A stretch of 64,000 nt of DNA from Eledone cirrhosa. Lineage: Eukaryota. Below the pieces are notes generated by a model. It saw only the letters and a list, made by a program, of their open reading frames with translations, did no database searches and had not been told where the DNA came from. Positions 1 to 13,146 of the stretch are shown here, piece by piece. Within the stretch, counting starts at the first letter, position 1, and each line of letters starts with the position of its first letter. The stretch is from the NCBI GenBank assembly GCA_964016885.1, contig OZ024740.1, positions 341,062,001-341,126,000 of the forward strand. Reading direction: 5' to 3'. A program made the position numbers and the translations under genes.

Positions 1-2662
1 GCTGTTCACGTATATTACTGTTACACATCCAGCGGAGCATGCAAGCTTCATTCCTCTCTAGTCTGCGTATATCCTCTGCACACAATGCCCAGGTCTCACT
101 GCCATGCAGCATTGCTGTTCGTATGCAGGCATCGTACAACCTGCCTTTCATTTTTAGGGAGAACCCTTTAGCAGCTAATAGTGGTATAAGCTCTCTGAAC
201 TTTTTCCAACCAGTTCTGACTCTAGCTACAGTACCTTCAGAGCACCCTCCCCCACTGCTGATTTTATCGCCCAGGTAACGGAAGCTGTCCACTATTTCTA
301 TAGAACCCTCTGCGCAATTGAAAGAGCTAGTATTTTGTGGGCACTTGCTGCTTCTTATTGCACCAGAACACCGGCCACATGTAAAATCTATGTTCTTAGT
401 TAGCTTACCTGTGATCCCACTACATCTTTTATGCACCCATACTTTGCATTTAGGACATAAAATGGAGTTTCTACCTACGCCTTACCTACACACCGAGCAC
501 GACCATTTCCCAGAAGGGATCGCCGCCTTGTTTTCTTTCCTACAAACTAGAACTTTGGTCTTAGCCAGGTTAATTTTAAGTCCTTTTGACTCTAGGCCGT
601 GCTTCCATGTTTGGAATTTCTTCTCTAGCTCGGCCATTGATTCCGCTATGAGTGTCAGGTCGTCTGCGTATAGGAGTTCCCATGGGCAGCCTGTCTTGAA
701 CTCCTCTGTTATAGCCTGAAGGGCAATAATAAATAGTAGGGGGCTGAGAACAGAGCCCTGATGGACGCCAACTTTTACGCTAAACTCTTCACTATATTCA
801 TTGTTAATTCTAACCTTGCTGACTGTTTCTTTATACATGGCTTGTATAGCCCTCACAAGCCATTCGTCAACGCCTAGTTTTCTAAGAGCCCACCAGATAA
901 TGGAGCGGGGGATTCTGTCGAAGGCTTTCTCCAAGTCGACAAAAGCTAAGTAGAGGGGTTTACCTTTAGCTAGGTACTTCTCCTGTAGTTGTCGTACTAT
1001 GAAAAGAGCGTCTGTGGTACTTTTGCCTGACACAAACCCGAACTGCATTTCATCTAGGTCGATTCTCTCTCTGATTAGTTGCGCTATTACTTTTTCCGTG
1101 ACCTTCATGACCTGGTCGATTAATTTAATGCCTCTATAGTTACTCCTATCTAGGGCGTCTCCTTTACCCTTATAACAGTTAACGATGATGCTGCTATGCC
1201 AGTCCTTCGGAACAACCCCATTCTGTACGACTTGGTTAACTATGCGGGTGACCATGGTGTGTCCCACCGTGCCAGATGCCTTCAGCATCTCAGCAACTAT
1301 TTCCGAAGGCCCAGCCGCCTTACCCGTCTTCATATCTTTGATTGCCTTACTTATTATACTCCCCTCGACTAACACTGCTGGTCCCTCTATTGGGTCGATA
1401 TGGGGGAGACTGTCTTTCTCCCATTTATTCTCCTCATTTAGTAGCCTTTCATAGTGACACTTCCAAGCTACCTTCTTATCAGCGTCGGTGATGGCAAGTG
1501 TGCCATCGTCGTTTAGTACACACTTCTCCCCGACAATATCACGGTTTTCCTTGACGCATTGCCTAGCAATCCTGAACACCTCACGTTTTTGGTCATCGCG
1601 TTGTAGAACATGCTTGAACTTTCTTTCCTCAGCTTCCCTTCTTGCTAAGTACACTTGTCTCCTAGCTTCCCTCCTGGCCACTTGATAGTCTTCTCTACTT
1701 CCCCCATCCCGCCATACTTTCCAAGCCTGCTTTTTGGCCTTAATTGACCTCTCCACCTTACTGTTCCACCACCATGTTACTCTCCTCCTGCCTACAGGCC
1801 TGCTCCAGCCACAGACTTCGTCTGTCGCCAACAGCAGGTTTGCTTTCAGAAATTCCCACTCTCCCTCTATATTGTCCGACTCTAAATGCTCTTCCTTACT
1901 GTCGAAAGCATCAAGTAATATGCTTTGAAATTTATTCCTGGCTGTGGGGTCCTTTAGCTTCCATATTTTTCTCCTGAGGATAGTCCTCTTCTGCTGTCGA
2001 GTACGTCTCGTCCTGACTATGAGGTCGCTAATTATCAGTCTATGTTGGGAGGTGCATTCTTCATGGGGGAGGGATTTAGTGTTTACAACAGACACTCTGT
2101 CACGTCTTCTGGTAAGGATATAATCTACCTGGCTTGTGTGTTCCCCGGATCTATAGGTGATCAGGTGATTGTCACGTTTTTTGAAGTTAGTGTTACAGAT
2201 AGTTAGGTTATTTGCATCACAGAATTCCAGGATTCTGGAGCCTTCCTCATTTCTAGTACCAAACCCATAGCCTCCATGGATTTCGTCGTAGCCGTCACAA
2301 TGTTGTCCAACGTGACCATTTAGGTCGCCTGCAATAATTATATAGTCACTGTCGGATATTTGGGAGGTAGTTAGCATCAGTGTCTCATAGAATCTGTCTT
2401 TTATAGTGCCGGGCAGTCCGGATTGGGGTGCGTACGCAGATATTACTGTCACCGTAGTTCTATTGAGGACAAGTCGTATTTTAATTATTCTGTCGTTCAC
2501 TCTATTTACGTCTATTATCTTATCTGCCCACTTTTCTGCTACCATGATTCCTGCTCCACCCAGCCCATCGTCGTTTCCCACCCAGAAAAGCTTATAACAT
2601 CGTTTTTTACCCTCAATGAACCTAGCAGACCCACCCCTCCACCTGGTCTCTTGAATACAACA
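1..2662 (-). mobile_element. RTE-clade non-LTR retrotransposon (APE endonuclease + RT + PHD-like finger), 5'-truncated, one premature stop, runs off the window start
   Basis: ORF 482-2581 has APE motifs (VISAYAPQ, IIAGDLNGHVG, SQVDYIL, SQHRL) and RT motifs (NYRGIKL, QFGF, FVDLEKAFD, GVHQGSVLSPLLF, LLYADD). The frame extends upstream to CCIQETRWRG at ~2662. It continues past a TAA at 482-484 into GVGRNSILCPKC...FRYLG...LHGSETW. Confidence 0.95.
482..2581 (-). pseudogene. Endonuclease/reverse transcriptase ORF of the RTE LINE (interrupted by an in-frame TAA)
   Basis: 699-aa ORF from the track; the reading frame is conserved on both sides of the TAA at 482-484. Confidence 0.9.
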
Positions 2663-2680
2663 TATATATATATATATATA

Positions 2681-2930
2681 TCATCATCATCATCACCGAT
2701 CACTGCTTTACATCCGTTCTTCCACGCTAGCATGGGTTAGACGGGTTGTCCTGTTGTCGGCAGTGTCCGGTCGGCTGACTTTGTCTTGCTCATACAGGAA
2801 CTGATTCTGGCTTGATTTCTACAGCTGGATGCCCTTCCTAACACCAACTTCATTTACAGTGAGTGCTGGGCGCTTTTTTTCCGTGGCGCCTACACGTCCA
2901 CTTTGCAGTGGGAGGGTGTGGGGGCATATT
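2681..2930 (-). mobile_element. RTE 3'-UTR-derived short element (SINE-like or truncated LINE tail) ending in (TGA)n
   Basis: catcatcat...ttccacgctagcatgggttagacgg...ctacagctggatgcccttcctaacaccaac matches the 3' UTR of the LINE at 62529-62915. Confidence 0.85.
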
Positions 2931-3084
2931 GTCTATATATTGTCTATATATATATATATTCATTAGTTAAGCAAAACAAGACCACAAATTTCACAAGGAA
3001 GACATTATTAAAAGATTGTCAACATATTTTAGTTTGATGTAAGGAATGTAGAGAATAATAATAATAATATTAATAATAATAATG

Positions 3085-3210
3085 TCCATTTACAATTGTT
3101 TCGCTACTCCATATAATATCTCTGGATCAGATAACTATATATCATTATTGATCTGGTTCAGTTGAAAATAATTAACATATTTAAAAACAGAGCGGCTCAT
3201 CGGAACTTCA
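3085..3210 (-). ncRNA. Degenerate type I hammerhead-like motif with long stem II (Penelope-like remnant)
   Basis: Minus strand reads CCGATGA-GCCGCTC...GAGTAGC-GAAAC-AATT-GTA, with palindromic stem III ACAATTGT. The core has a U4>C change and stem I is weak. Confidence 0.45.
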
Positions 3211-3390
3211 AAGGAATATAAATTAAAATAAGGAGAGAATGTTACATAATGTAGTGTTCCATACATTGGTGTTTCACTATGGTGTCCTGGTTGTATCAGT
3301 TGTCAGCCATAATCAAGCAGTATTCATCTGTCAAGGCTATTCTCCTATCTCCTCTCCTATCTCCATCTCTCTCTTTAAGATTGGTTACTC

Positions 3391-3395
<5 letters not shown>

Positions 3396-3457
<62 letters not shown>
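3396..3457. repeat. (TA)n microsatellite
   Basis: Direct observation. Confidence 0.95.
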
Positions 3458-3462
<5 letters not shown>

Positions 3463-3661
3463 AAATATGTCAGATCCTTGGTACAGTTAGGTATGGGGGT
3501 TGTTTATATGTTTGACACAACACAGCCAGGTCTAAATACTTACAAAAAAAGTGAACTCTGCTAAAGGCACCCTATATATATGTGTGTGTAAAGGGTAAAC
3601 AGAAATAACAACACAATCAGTAGAGTATATGGAAGGAATATATTAGGTTAACACTTGAACA

Positions 3662-3702
3662 GGGTCTTAAAGTTTCAGACGCTAGTCCTTCATCAGAAAA
3701 AA
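3662..3702 (-). ncRNA. Degenerate minimal hammerhead motif (Penelope-like)
   Basis: Minus strand reads CTGATGA-A-GGAC-TAGC-GTCT-GAAAC-TTTAAG. Confidence 0.45.
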
Positions 3703-4949
3703 GAATGAGAAATTTGATAGATTGAAGGGATGGGCGGGGAGGAATTGGAAAAAATTTCTTTAGATAAAAATAACAGGTCCATTCATGTTGACATCTCTTG
3801 AAAAACTGTTGGTGCTGGCGTTTTGTGTATGATTTACTTGTTTAGAAACGTGGATGATGGAGCAGTCTACCTGAAATGGAAAAAAAAACGTTTTGTATAA
3901 AGAGCTATACTTGTGTACGTGTGTATGCATGTATGTGTCAGTGTTTGTGTGTGTTATTATACGTCTGTACGAAGCTAAGAAGATATGTGTATGTGTGCTT
4001 GTAAGTACGAAGCTATAAGCAAAAGTATGTTAATATAAGGGTGTGTATGTGTGTATACAGAGCTGTGAAGGAAAAAGTGGAGTGCGCATATTTTGTCGGT
4101 CTGTATTAGTTGTAACAGAATATGTTTCTGAATATATATATATTTGTAATCCATCTAGGAGCTGCTGACAAAAGAGCTCAATATTTTATGACTTTTGCTT
4201 TGTGCAATTCTTGTCACACACACACATATAAATACATAATATTTCACTGTATTTTTTACTACAGAAAATAGTCTAATAATAACAGGGTGTATAAGTCCCC
4301 AGCAGGGGAAAAAATGGGCATCAGCGTGCATGAGAATCGAACCCACACCTCTTATTTTCATGATAAGTGTGCTAGCCAATTATACCAACCTGCTCACCAA
4401 CTTATAATCACTTCAACATATCAGTAATCAACACAAATCTTCCATTGATATGATTTTTCATGTATGTAGGATTGTTTATAAATCAAGGAATCTTGTTATA
4501 TATGTCGTATCAATCTTGGCCTCCCAAAATTAAATATGTTTGATGCTATTGCTGTCATTTTTGATGGCACAGGTCCACTAGTAATGTAATAAAGTCTTTA
4601 GATTCTCACTGAATCAATCAATACCTCAGCTTAACATTTTTTTTAGAATCAATCCCAGCTTTAATTTTTCCCTCTACCACAATCACCAACCACATCCAAC
4701 ACATCCAACACAATTACCACCACCTTACACTTCCATGAGCCATGTACATGTTTGACCCACTAGAAATAGCATCCAAACCTCCTCAAGTTATACCTTGCCT
4801 TCTTAAAAAAGAAGGATGCACTAAACCTGAAAACAAAACAGAATAGTTACAGCTGGAATGTGTTTGATCAAAGGTCTGCATGATCAAAGCTGACCTCAAG
4901 TAAAATAACAATGGCCACAAGAGACTTTCATGTACACCTACTAAACAAT

Positions 4950-5290
4950 GCTACCACTACCACCACCACCACCACCACCATCACTACCACCACTACCTCA
5001 ACCACTAACACCACTACCACCACCACCACTACCACCACCACCACCACCACTACCACCACCACCATCACTACCACCACCACTACCACCACCACCATCACTA
5101 ACTCAACCACCACCACTACCACCACCACCACTACCTCAACCACTACCACCACCAGCACCATCACTACATCAACCACCACCACTACCACTACCACCATCAC
5201 TAACTCAACCACCACTACCATCACTACTTCAACCACCACCAGCACTAGCACCACCACCATCACTACATCAACCACCAACACCACCACCAA
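4950..5290. repeat. Degenerate (ACC/ACT/ATC)n trinucleotide repeat
   Basis: The poly-Thr, poly-Pro and poly-Val ORFs in different frames are produced by the repeat. Confidence 0.9.
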
Positions 5291-5474
5291 CAGAAAATAT
5301 TTTTAAAAAGGGTTTGTTTATTCATTTGTTTGTAGTACCTCTTCTAGCTAACAGATTATTGTGAATATTTTCAGTATTCGAGTAAAAACTTCAATTTCTA
5401 ATGTGATGTAATTATATCGTTGTTTAGTATTTTCCAAAACATCATGCTAATGTGATTTTAAGTGGTACAGGATG

Positions 5475-5703
5475 TTAACGCTTTAGCATTTACATTACTC
5501 TATATTTACTATTGTATTTTAAAGGTAAAGACTTTATCGCACATAATTATATCACATAATATCAAATCTATGAGATTTTGATATTATCTATTTTAAGAAC
5601 AATACCTTAACATCAGTATAAGTGGCCGGTTACGGCCGGTTTGAACAGAAAGAGGTGAAAGAAATCTGGCCAGGTACAGCCGGTTTAAATGCTAAAGGGT
5701 TAA
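5475..5703 (+). mobile_element. piggyBac-type MITE, family A
   Basis: TTAA|CGCTTTAGCATTTA ... TAAATGCTAAAGGG|TTAA terminal inverted repeats with TTAA flanks; several homologous copies in the window. Confidence 0.85.
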
Positions 5704-6038
5704 GTAACATTTCCAGTTAAGAAAGAACTCACTCATGTATCTTGCTGTCATTCACAGCCATAAATTAGACCAGATTGTTAGAAAAGAGAAAGCATGGAAT
5801 TAAAACTGGAACAGGGACAATGAGAAAGGAACATTGGAAAAACAAAGAAAGTATCAGCCAGCTTAATGTGATGTGCATAGGGACTTGAAATTATAAATAA
5901 AGACTCTTCTTTAGTTCCTTTTGCCCCCTATGGAGAACTGGGTTTTTTAGTGATGTCCATTATACACAGTGGCAAGCCATATCACAGACCTGTTCCCAGG
6001 CCATGTATCTGTTTATCTATTTTTGTAACAATGTTTGA

Positions 6039-6257
6039 TTAACCCTTTAGCATTTACATTACTCTATATTTACTATTATATTTTCATTGTAAAGGCTTTA
6101 CCTAACATAATTATCTCACATAATATTGAATCTATAAGATTTTGATATTTTTTATTTTGCAAACAATACCTCAACATTGTTATGGGTGGCTGGTTTGAAG
6201 AGAAAGAGGTGAGAGAATTCTGGTTGGATATGGCTGGTTTAAATGCTAAAAGGTTAA
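6039..6257 (+). mobile_element. piggyBac-type MITE, family A
   Basis: TTAACCCTTTAGCATTTA ... TAAATGCTAAAAGGTTAA; internal sequence homologous to 5475-5703. Confidence 0.85.
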
Positions 6258-6300
6258 TGGAAGTAAGGTTGCTAGCTTTGTAGCCTATCCCTCCTCCCTT

Positions 6301-6445
6301 CTCATCATCATCGTTTAACGTCCATTTTTCCATGCTAGCATGGGTTAGACGAGTTGTCTCATTGTGAGACAAGTCAGATCAGGTGACTGTGTCTTGCTCA
6401 TACAGAACTGTTTCTGGCCAGATGCCCTTGCTAATGCCAACCACT
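6301..6445 (-). mobile_element. RTE 3'-tail copy
   Basis: catcatcatcgtttaacgtccatttttccatgctagcatgggttagacg. Confidence 0.8.
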
Positions 6446-6931
6446 AGCCAAAGACTAACCTAACATTTGAAATCAAGGGTAGAGGGGGGTGTAACATTGG
6501 ATAGGGGCCCATTTCAGGTAGTCATAGTCAGCTGAGCATGGAACTGAAATCCCTTTCCTTCATTTTCATAAAGGTTAGTATAAGCTGGAAGAAAAATTGA
6601 TTGACTTGGAGGATGAACAAATTCCCTCTCTTCTTCTTCCTCTCCCCCTTGCTTTTAGATATCAACATCATCATCATCATTGCTATCATAATCTTTGTCT
6701 TTCGTGTCCATGTTTTGATGCTGAACATGTCTTCACCAGCATATCCACCAACACACATATACATATAGACATTTACACGCACAAACACATATATATTATA
6801 TATGTATATATACACACATACACACACATATATACATGTGTGTGTGTGTGTAAATGCATGTGTATATTTTGTATATTTAATTACTATACAACATTACAAA
6901 AGTTGAATGAGATTTTTCGTTTGAAAAATAT

Positions 6932-6936
<5 letters not shown>

Positions 6937-6992
<56 letters not shown>

Positions 6993-7000
6993 CGTGCGTG
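6937..7000. repeat. (TG)n microsatellite
   Basis: Direct observation. Confidence 0.9.
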
Positions 7001-7889
7001 TATAGACAATGTAAACAGCATTATGAAATGAATGACATTCACTATACACAAAAGAGGGTTTAAAAAGCCAAGTGGAAAATTCACTCAAACGCTCACCCTT
7101 CCTCCCTCCCTCTACACACCAATTAATTGTTGCTTATAAAAGATGAAAGTCAACATATCAATTATTAGTAATGTAAAGTGATTGAAGGTATTTGAGAGTA
7201 AAAGAGGTGAGTAAGTGCAAACAGATGTCACAATTTCTCTCTTTGAAACAATCATGGTGATAATCAGTAAGTTTCTTCCAGAACTTGCTGATAGGTTGAC
7301 TGGCAAATATGTTCTAGAATCATGAGTTATTTACTCTGCTTTGTGCTGCCATCTGCTAGCGTGTGTGGTTACTTCAAGCAACAAATTAGCACTCATTAGT
7401 GGTATTGGTTCCAGTTCTCTCAGCTCAGAGTTCAAATATTGTTCAGAACAAATTTTGCTTTTAATCATTTCAGGATCAATAAAATAAAGTACCAATCTAA
7501 ACTGGTGGATTGGTGGAATTGTTAGAACGATGGACAAAATGCCTTGCTGTATTTATTCTAGCTCTCAGCATTTTGAGTTTAAATCCTACTATGGCCTACT
7601 TAGATTTAATCTGTTGCCCAGTTTAACACCACCACTTAGATCTTTGATGCGTTAAGTGGAGTCCACTCTGTTGTAAGCATTGTAGCCAGGTCTCAAATTT
7701 GAGGATATATTCTTTCCTCCCTACCTCCCTCCTATCAGTATTGGAGGCCCTAAAAAGGGCCATAAACACTGCCCTCCCCGCACTGACTAAAAAAACTAAA
7801 AAAAGAAAACTACTATTACTGAATCATCTATTTTTACAATTCCAAAGTGAATAACATTGAGGACTTAAATATGTTGGGTTTTTACATAG

Positions 7890-8045
7890 GTATAAGGCCA
7901 TAATTTTGAGGATAGGTTGTGGGAAGAAAATGGTTGATTATATCAAACCCAGTACTTGACTGGTACTTATTTTATTGACCCCAGAAGGATGAAAACAGAA
8001 GTTGACTTCAGCAGGATGTAAACTCAGAAACTAAAGGGCCATAAA
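7890..8045 (-). mobile_element. Partial tRNA-derived SINE (same family as 16492-16675)
   Basis: actggtacttattttattgaccccagaaggatgaaaacagaagttgac is the reverse complement of the family core. Confidence 0.7.
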
Positions 8046-8062
8046 TGATTACAGGCAGGGTT

Positions 8063-8375
8063 GGACATACATAAAGACCTTTTAGTCACCTCTTACAGCA
8101 GGATACAATGTACTTATTCTAAATCAAATACAGAGAATTTCCTGGACATACATAAATAAATACCTTTTAGCCACCTCTTACAAGATACACAGATACCATG
8201 CAATTATTCTAAGCCAGATATACAGAGAAATTTCTAGAAATACATAAAGACATTTTAACCAGTTATTACAACACACAAGGGTATGGTGTATCTATTCTGA
8301 ACCAGATACATGCAGAACTTTTGGAAATACATGGAAACCTTTTAGTCATCTGTTACAACACACAAGGATATACAT
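8063..8375. repeat. Diverged tandem repeat, ~80-93-bp period, ~4 units
   Basis: ggacatacataaagaccttttagtcacctcttaca recurs at ~8063, 8144, 8237 and 8323. Confidence 0.7.
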
Positions 8376-9213
8376 GAAGATATCAAATATTTTATATATC
8401 TTCGTTAAATAGTGTTTATAAATTGACATTATTGCTTGATGTACTCTAGATGTAAATTCCAGCATAACCTTTGTTGGACAATTTCATTGGAACTCTTTAA
8501 TGTTTACAGATTCTTTTGTTCTCACATCTGTTAAACTTCATCTCATTTGATGCTATTGTTCTTCCCCACATATTTTCTCTCTCTCTCTTTCTCTAACGCA
8601 CACACATACAAATAAACACTTGCACATACACACACATTTCAGCATAGTAACATAGGACATCTGTATCTCCACAACCTCTAACATCACTACCACCATCACC
8701 ATTACTATCACTATCCCTATCTTCATCATCACTCCATTCTACCAAGAAGAAGAAGAACAACAACAACAACCATATCAATCACTACAAAAGCTTTCTGCTT
8801 TTTTTTATCTTTTTATCTGCCACCATCTGTTGTGATGTAAGGGAACATATCCAAGTTTTATAAAATCCTAAGACCTTCCAAGTATACAGAAGCAGTGATT
8901 TTAGATCGATTTTATCAATGTAACATGATATGATGCTGTGGCTCTACACACACACACACACACTGGTGAATATGCTGAACCCCTCTATGGTACCAATTGA
9001 CACCTGAGCACCATGTGATATAGGGGCAAACTGTAGCTTTATGTAATATTATGTCTTTAACAAAGTAATTGGAATGTTGAAGTTGGCTCACTGACCCCCA
9101 AGAGTCTACTAACCCCAGGGTGGGAACTGTTGATTTAAACTCTCTCTAGTCTCTTCCTTTCATATTTCTACATCTAGACACTTCCCAGTCTCTTTCTATC
9201 TTACCTATTCAGT

Positions 9214-9313
<100 letters not shown>

Positions 9314-9316
9314 TGG

Positions 9317-9648
9317 CATGTGTCTAACACCCATGGACATGCTTACAAAATCAGAAAACAGAACAGTTCAGTACAGCAGTGCTGAAACATGGAACAAACT
9401 ACCTGCATCAGTTGTTAGCTGTTGGGACACTGCATCCTTCAAAACTTCCATGCTTCCCAAAATTCGCCAGCACTACACCCGATATTCCCCTCCATACATA
9501 TGCACGCATGTGTGTGTATATCATGACTCATACAGTGTTCACTTTCCTGACATTTGTACATTATCCTATGTACTATATATGCACCTTTGATGAGTTGTAG
9601 TGCACCTGAACACTGTACACAATAATTTTCAGTATTATCATTATTATT
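9317..9648 (+). mobile_element. CR1-like LINE 3' fragment
   Basis: Encodes AETWNKLPASVVSC; 3' end gagttgtagtgcacctgaacactgtacacaataat followed by (ATT)n, as at 35930-35981. Confidence 0.85.
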
Positions 9649-10339
9649 TAAGGTGGCAGAGTCGTTAGAATGTCAGATAGAATACTTTATGGGGTTTGTT
9701 CCAGCTCTCTGAACTCTGAGTTCAAATAAAGTAAAGGTCCAGTAATGGGATTGATTCTTTTTTTTATCCTTCTTCCCCACTTTCTCTCTCTGGGGCTTTC
9801 TTAGCTCTTGGGCCCTGGAACAAAGTACCAGTTGGACCCCTTTTTTATAGGCCTTGCCTCTATGCCTGCTACCTCCAGCCTATTCCTGTCTCACCTGTAC
9901 ACCTAGGCTTTGAGTAAGAATTTTCTTTCTCATATCTAGTTCCTCATGCCTTCTGCAACATTTTCTTGTCTCATCTGTACATCTAAAGCTACTCTAGCCT
10001 TTTACTGTCTCATATCTATATGTATATCCTCTGTAGCCTTTCCAAGTCTTTTCATTGGTCCTTTTTCAACAATTGTATTTTCAAACACACTCTCCTCACT
10101 AATACTACTTCACACAATCTCTCAACTAAAAAAAACAACTCATGTTTTTTATTCTCTCGTAATTGAAACTCGATATTTCAAGGAATCAATACAGTGCACA
10201 GCTGTAACAGAAAATATGTTTCAAATGAATTCCCATATAGATTCTTAGGGCAAATAAATGTTATATTTACAATCATGATAATATGCATGTGAGTGTATAT
10301 CATCATCATCATCCTCATCATCATATACAGTATTTATAT

Positions 10340-10399
<60 letters not shown>

Positions 10400-10813
10400 A
10401 TGTGTATGTACATATGTATGTATGTATTTATGTATGTATCCATGGATGGATGGATATGTAAATACTATTCTTTTATTATTTTATTCATTTACATGTTTCA
10501 GTCATTAGATTATGGTCATGCTGGAATACCCCTTTGAAAGGACTTAAATGGTTATGTCAACCCAAGTACTTGTTTTTATTTTTAAAATCTGGTACATATT
10601 TTATTGATCTTTCCATGTCAAACTTCACATTTATGAAATATAAACAAAAGGTGAATGTAAACACAGTTACTGACACACACACATTTGATGATGATGATGA
10701 TGCTGATATATAAATATTTATATGACCAGTAAGTTTTTTAAAAGCTGGTACAATGTGGTAGAAAAATCCGAAGGGCAAATGATTGTAAATGAAACAAAAC
10801 AAAACAAAGTTAT

Positions 10814-10953
10814 GTAATGTTTTATCCAGTATATTTTGGCATGATATTTCAGAGCTATTACCTTTCAGATGTGAAGTTGAAATAGTCCAAGATAAAACAT
10901 CTGAAAATGGAGTTCTGAAATATCATGCCAAAATATACTGGGTAAAACATTAC
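10814..10953. repeat. ~140-bp inverted repeat (hairpin)
   Basis: gtaatgttttatccagtatattttggcatgatatttcagagct pairs with agttctgaaatatcatgccaaaatatactgggtaaaacattac; inner pair tttcagatgt/acatctgaaa. Confidence 0.85.
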
Positions 10954-12036
10954 TTTACATTGCCCTTCATATTTTCTACCAGCTTTTAAAAGACCTAGCA
11001 GTTATTTACTACATGTCTCACAATGCTTTGTATTAACTACACTACTATATATATATATGTAAGTATGTAACAGTATGTAACAGCCGTACTAAGAGTGAGA
11101 AAGGAAATTTCGTTTCATTTTTTCCGTTTATATATATATAGTGTGTGTGTTAAAAAATTTAAATTTATCGAAGTCAGATTTGCATGATGGAAGCACAAGT
11201 CAATTTATTTGAATTGACCCTATCAGCACTCAATGAAACACAAAATTAAATTCATTGTCTTAGGGTAGCAATTCATTATTTGATTTAACAAGGATGGTGA
11301 ACAAATATCATAAACAATGTGTGAACCTCATACAGAAGACAATAACAACAAATAGTCAGGGAAAAAAAAAAACATTGTAGTGCACCTGAGCACTGTACAC
11401 AATCATTTTCATTATTGTTTTTTTACTTTTATATTTACCTGGACTGTAGTGGTTTCTAATGCACCAATTGTATTTGCAGTTATAAATATAACTGCATATC
11501 AACAGCAATTACATAATAATTAGGACTGGCACATAGTCATCAGCAAACATTTATCCCATGAACTGCAATCGACCTAACTAGCTTGGATTTTGTCACAATA
11601 CTGAAGTAATCCAATGGCAGTGCAGTGCCATATGACAAGATAAAGTATTTTGTTAATCAGTGTTATCTAGATACTCAGGGTAGTTTTTAGTTCCAGTCTG
11701 CTACTGGTTGTACATATCACTGTGATGATTTTATACCCTTGCGTGTGAAATTATATAAAGTTGATCTGGGCTAAATTATAAAATCAATTACATCTGGCAT
11801 ATTTATAAATATATCTGAATCAGCAAAAGAAAGAAACAAAAGGAATGAGTAATACTATTGAGTCTTGAAACTCACTTCTTCAAAAACTCATACCAGGAAA
11901 AGATTCACTATCAGTTTGCCAATTAGATGCCTGCAATTATGTAACTAACTCTCAGAAATTTACAAAATTTAACCAAATGTACATAGACATTCTTTCTGCA
12001 AAAATAACTACAAATATATATATATTAGCAGATGTT

Positions 12037-12072
<36 letters not shown>

Positions 12073-12221
12073 GCTCAAGGAAACAACAAACTGGTACAAA
12101 AAGTCTTTTAGTTTCATGCTTTATATGGAAAAGGGGAAAGAAAGTTCAGTGTGTTGGGCTTTAGCCCTTCTTCAGGAGTATAAAATTATATATGGTATAT
12201 TATATTATATTATATTATGAA

Positions 12222-12385
12222 GGTATAGCTGAGTGATCAAGAAGTTCACTTTGGAAACATTAGGTCCCAAGTTCAATCCTCCTCATGGTATCTTAGTTAA
12301 TTGTGGTTTACTATAGCCTCAGATTGACTCATGCTTTGTCAATGCAAGTGGATAGGCAGAAACTGTAGAAGACTATCAGAAGGAT
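12222..12385 (+). mobile_element. Diverged tRNA-derived SINE (family B; relatives at 13890-14035 -, 55020-55155 -, 55315-55450 +, 56600-56760 +)
   Basis: tRNA-like head (tagctgagtgatcaagaagtt...gttcaatcc) and shared body tactatagcctc...ttgac...cttgtgagtg...gaaactg. Confidence 0.6.
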
Positions 12386-13057
12386 TCTACTTAAAATTTA
12401 AATCTCAAGTCTTGTTAAACAATGTTATGTTGATTCTGTTTGAAAATCATGTTAAGGGTATAATTGTGATTTGACTACTTAGCCTCTTTAGATGCTAATT
12501 CATTGAGTAGGTAGTTCAATTGATAGAACAACTGGGTGCTAATGTTGTCTTCAACAGGTGTGTTCATCCTATGTGTGAGGGTCGGGTGGGTGTGCATGTG
12601 TATACATAACATCCTGACCCAGATATATTGATATATGAATATTTGTGTTTTTCCTGAAACATAAACAACTAATTTAAATCCTTTACAAGTGATGTGATGG
12701 AGAATTTATTATAAATCAATTTTATTTACAGATGTAAAAAACAGATACCAGTCTACCCACCCACCATTGGGCCCTCCCCCTTTCTTTCATTTACAAAACC
12801 TTAGGGGTTGTCATCAATGTTGGTTCAATGAAAAGTAGGTCTAGAGGAATTGTCGAGATGATAAAGTGGAGGTGAGTAGATGTGTGCTGTGTACACAAGG
12901 TAAGACGGAGGAGATTGTCAGCCAGCCTCCTCATGGTAAGAGACACATGTACAAGTTTTTTCTGGGTGAGTAACAGGTCTTTAGTTGAATGGAGTAGGCC
13001 TATTAGTGGATTAGAAATGGACAGGATAATTGGGCTAGCTAGAGTGTGTGTGATACA

Positions 13058-13146
13058 TTAATCCTTTAGCATTTACATTACTTTATATATACTATTACAT
13101 TTTCACAATAAAGGCTTTACCTCACATAATTATCTCACATAATATC
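13058..13146 (+). mobile_element. Partial piggyBac-type MITE, family A (left end)
   Basis: ttaatcctttagcatttacattact...cacataattatctcacataatat. Confidence 0.75.

Noticed and set aside
4911-5364. Poly-Thr, poly-Pro and poly-Val ORFs (extensin or mucin-like)
   Set aside because: Translations of a trinucleotide repeat, with no splice or domain context.
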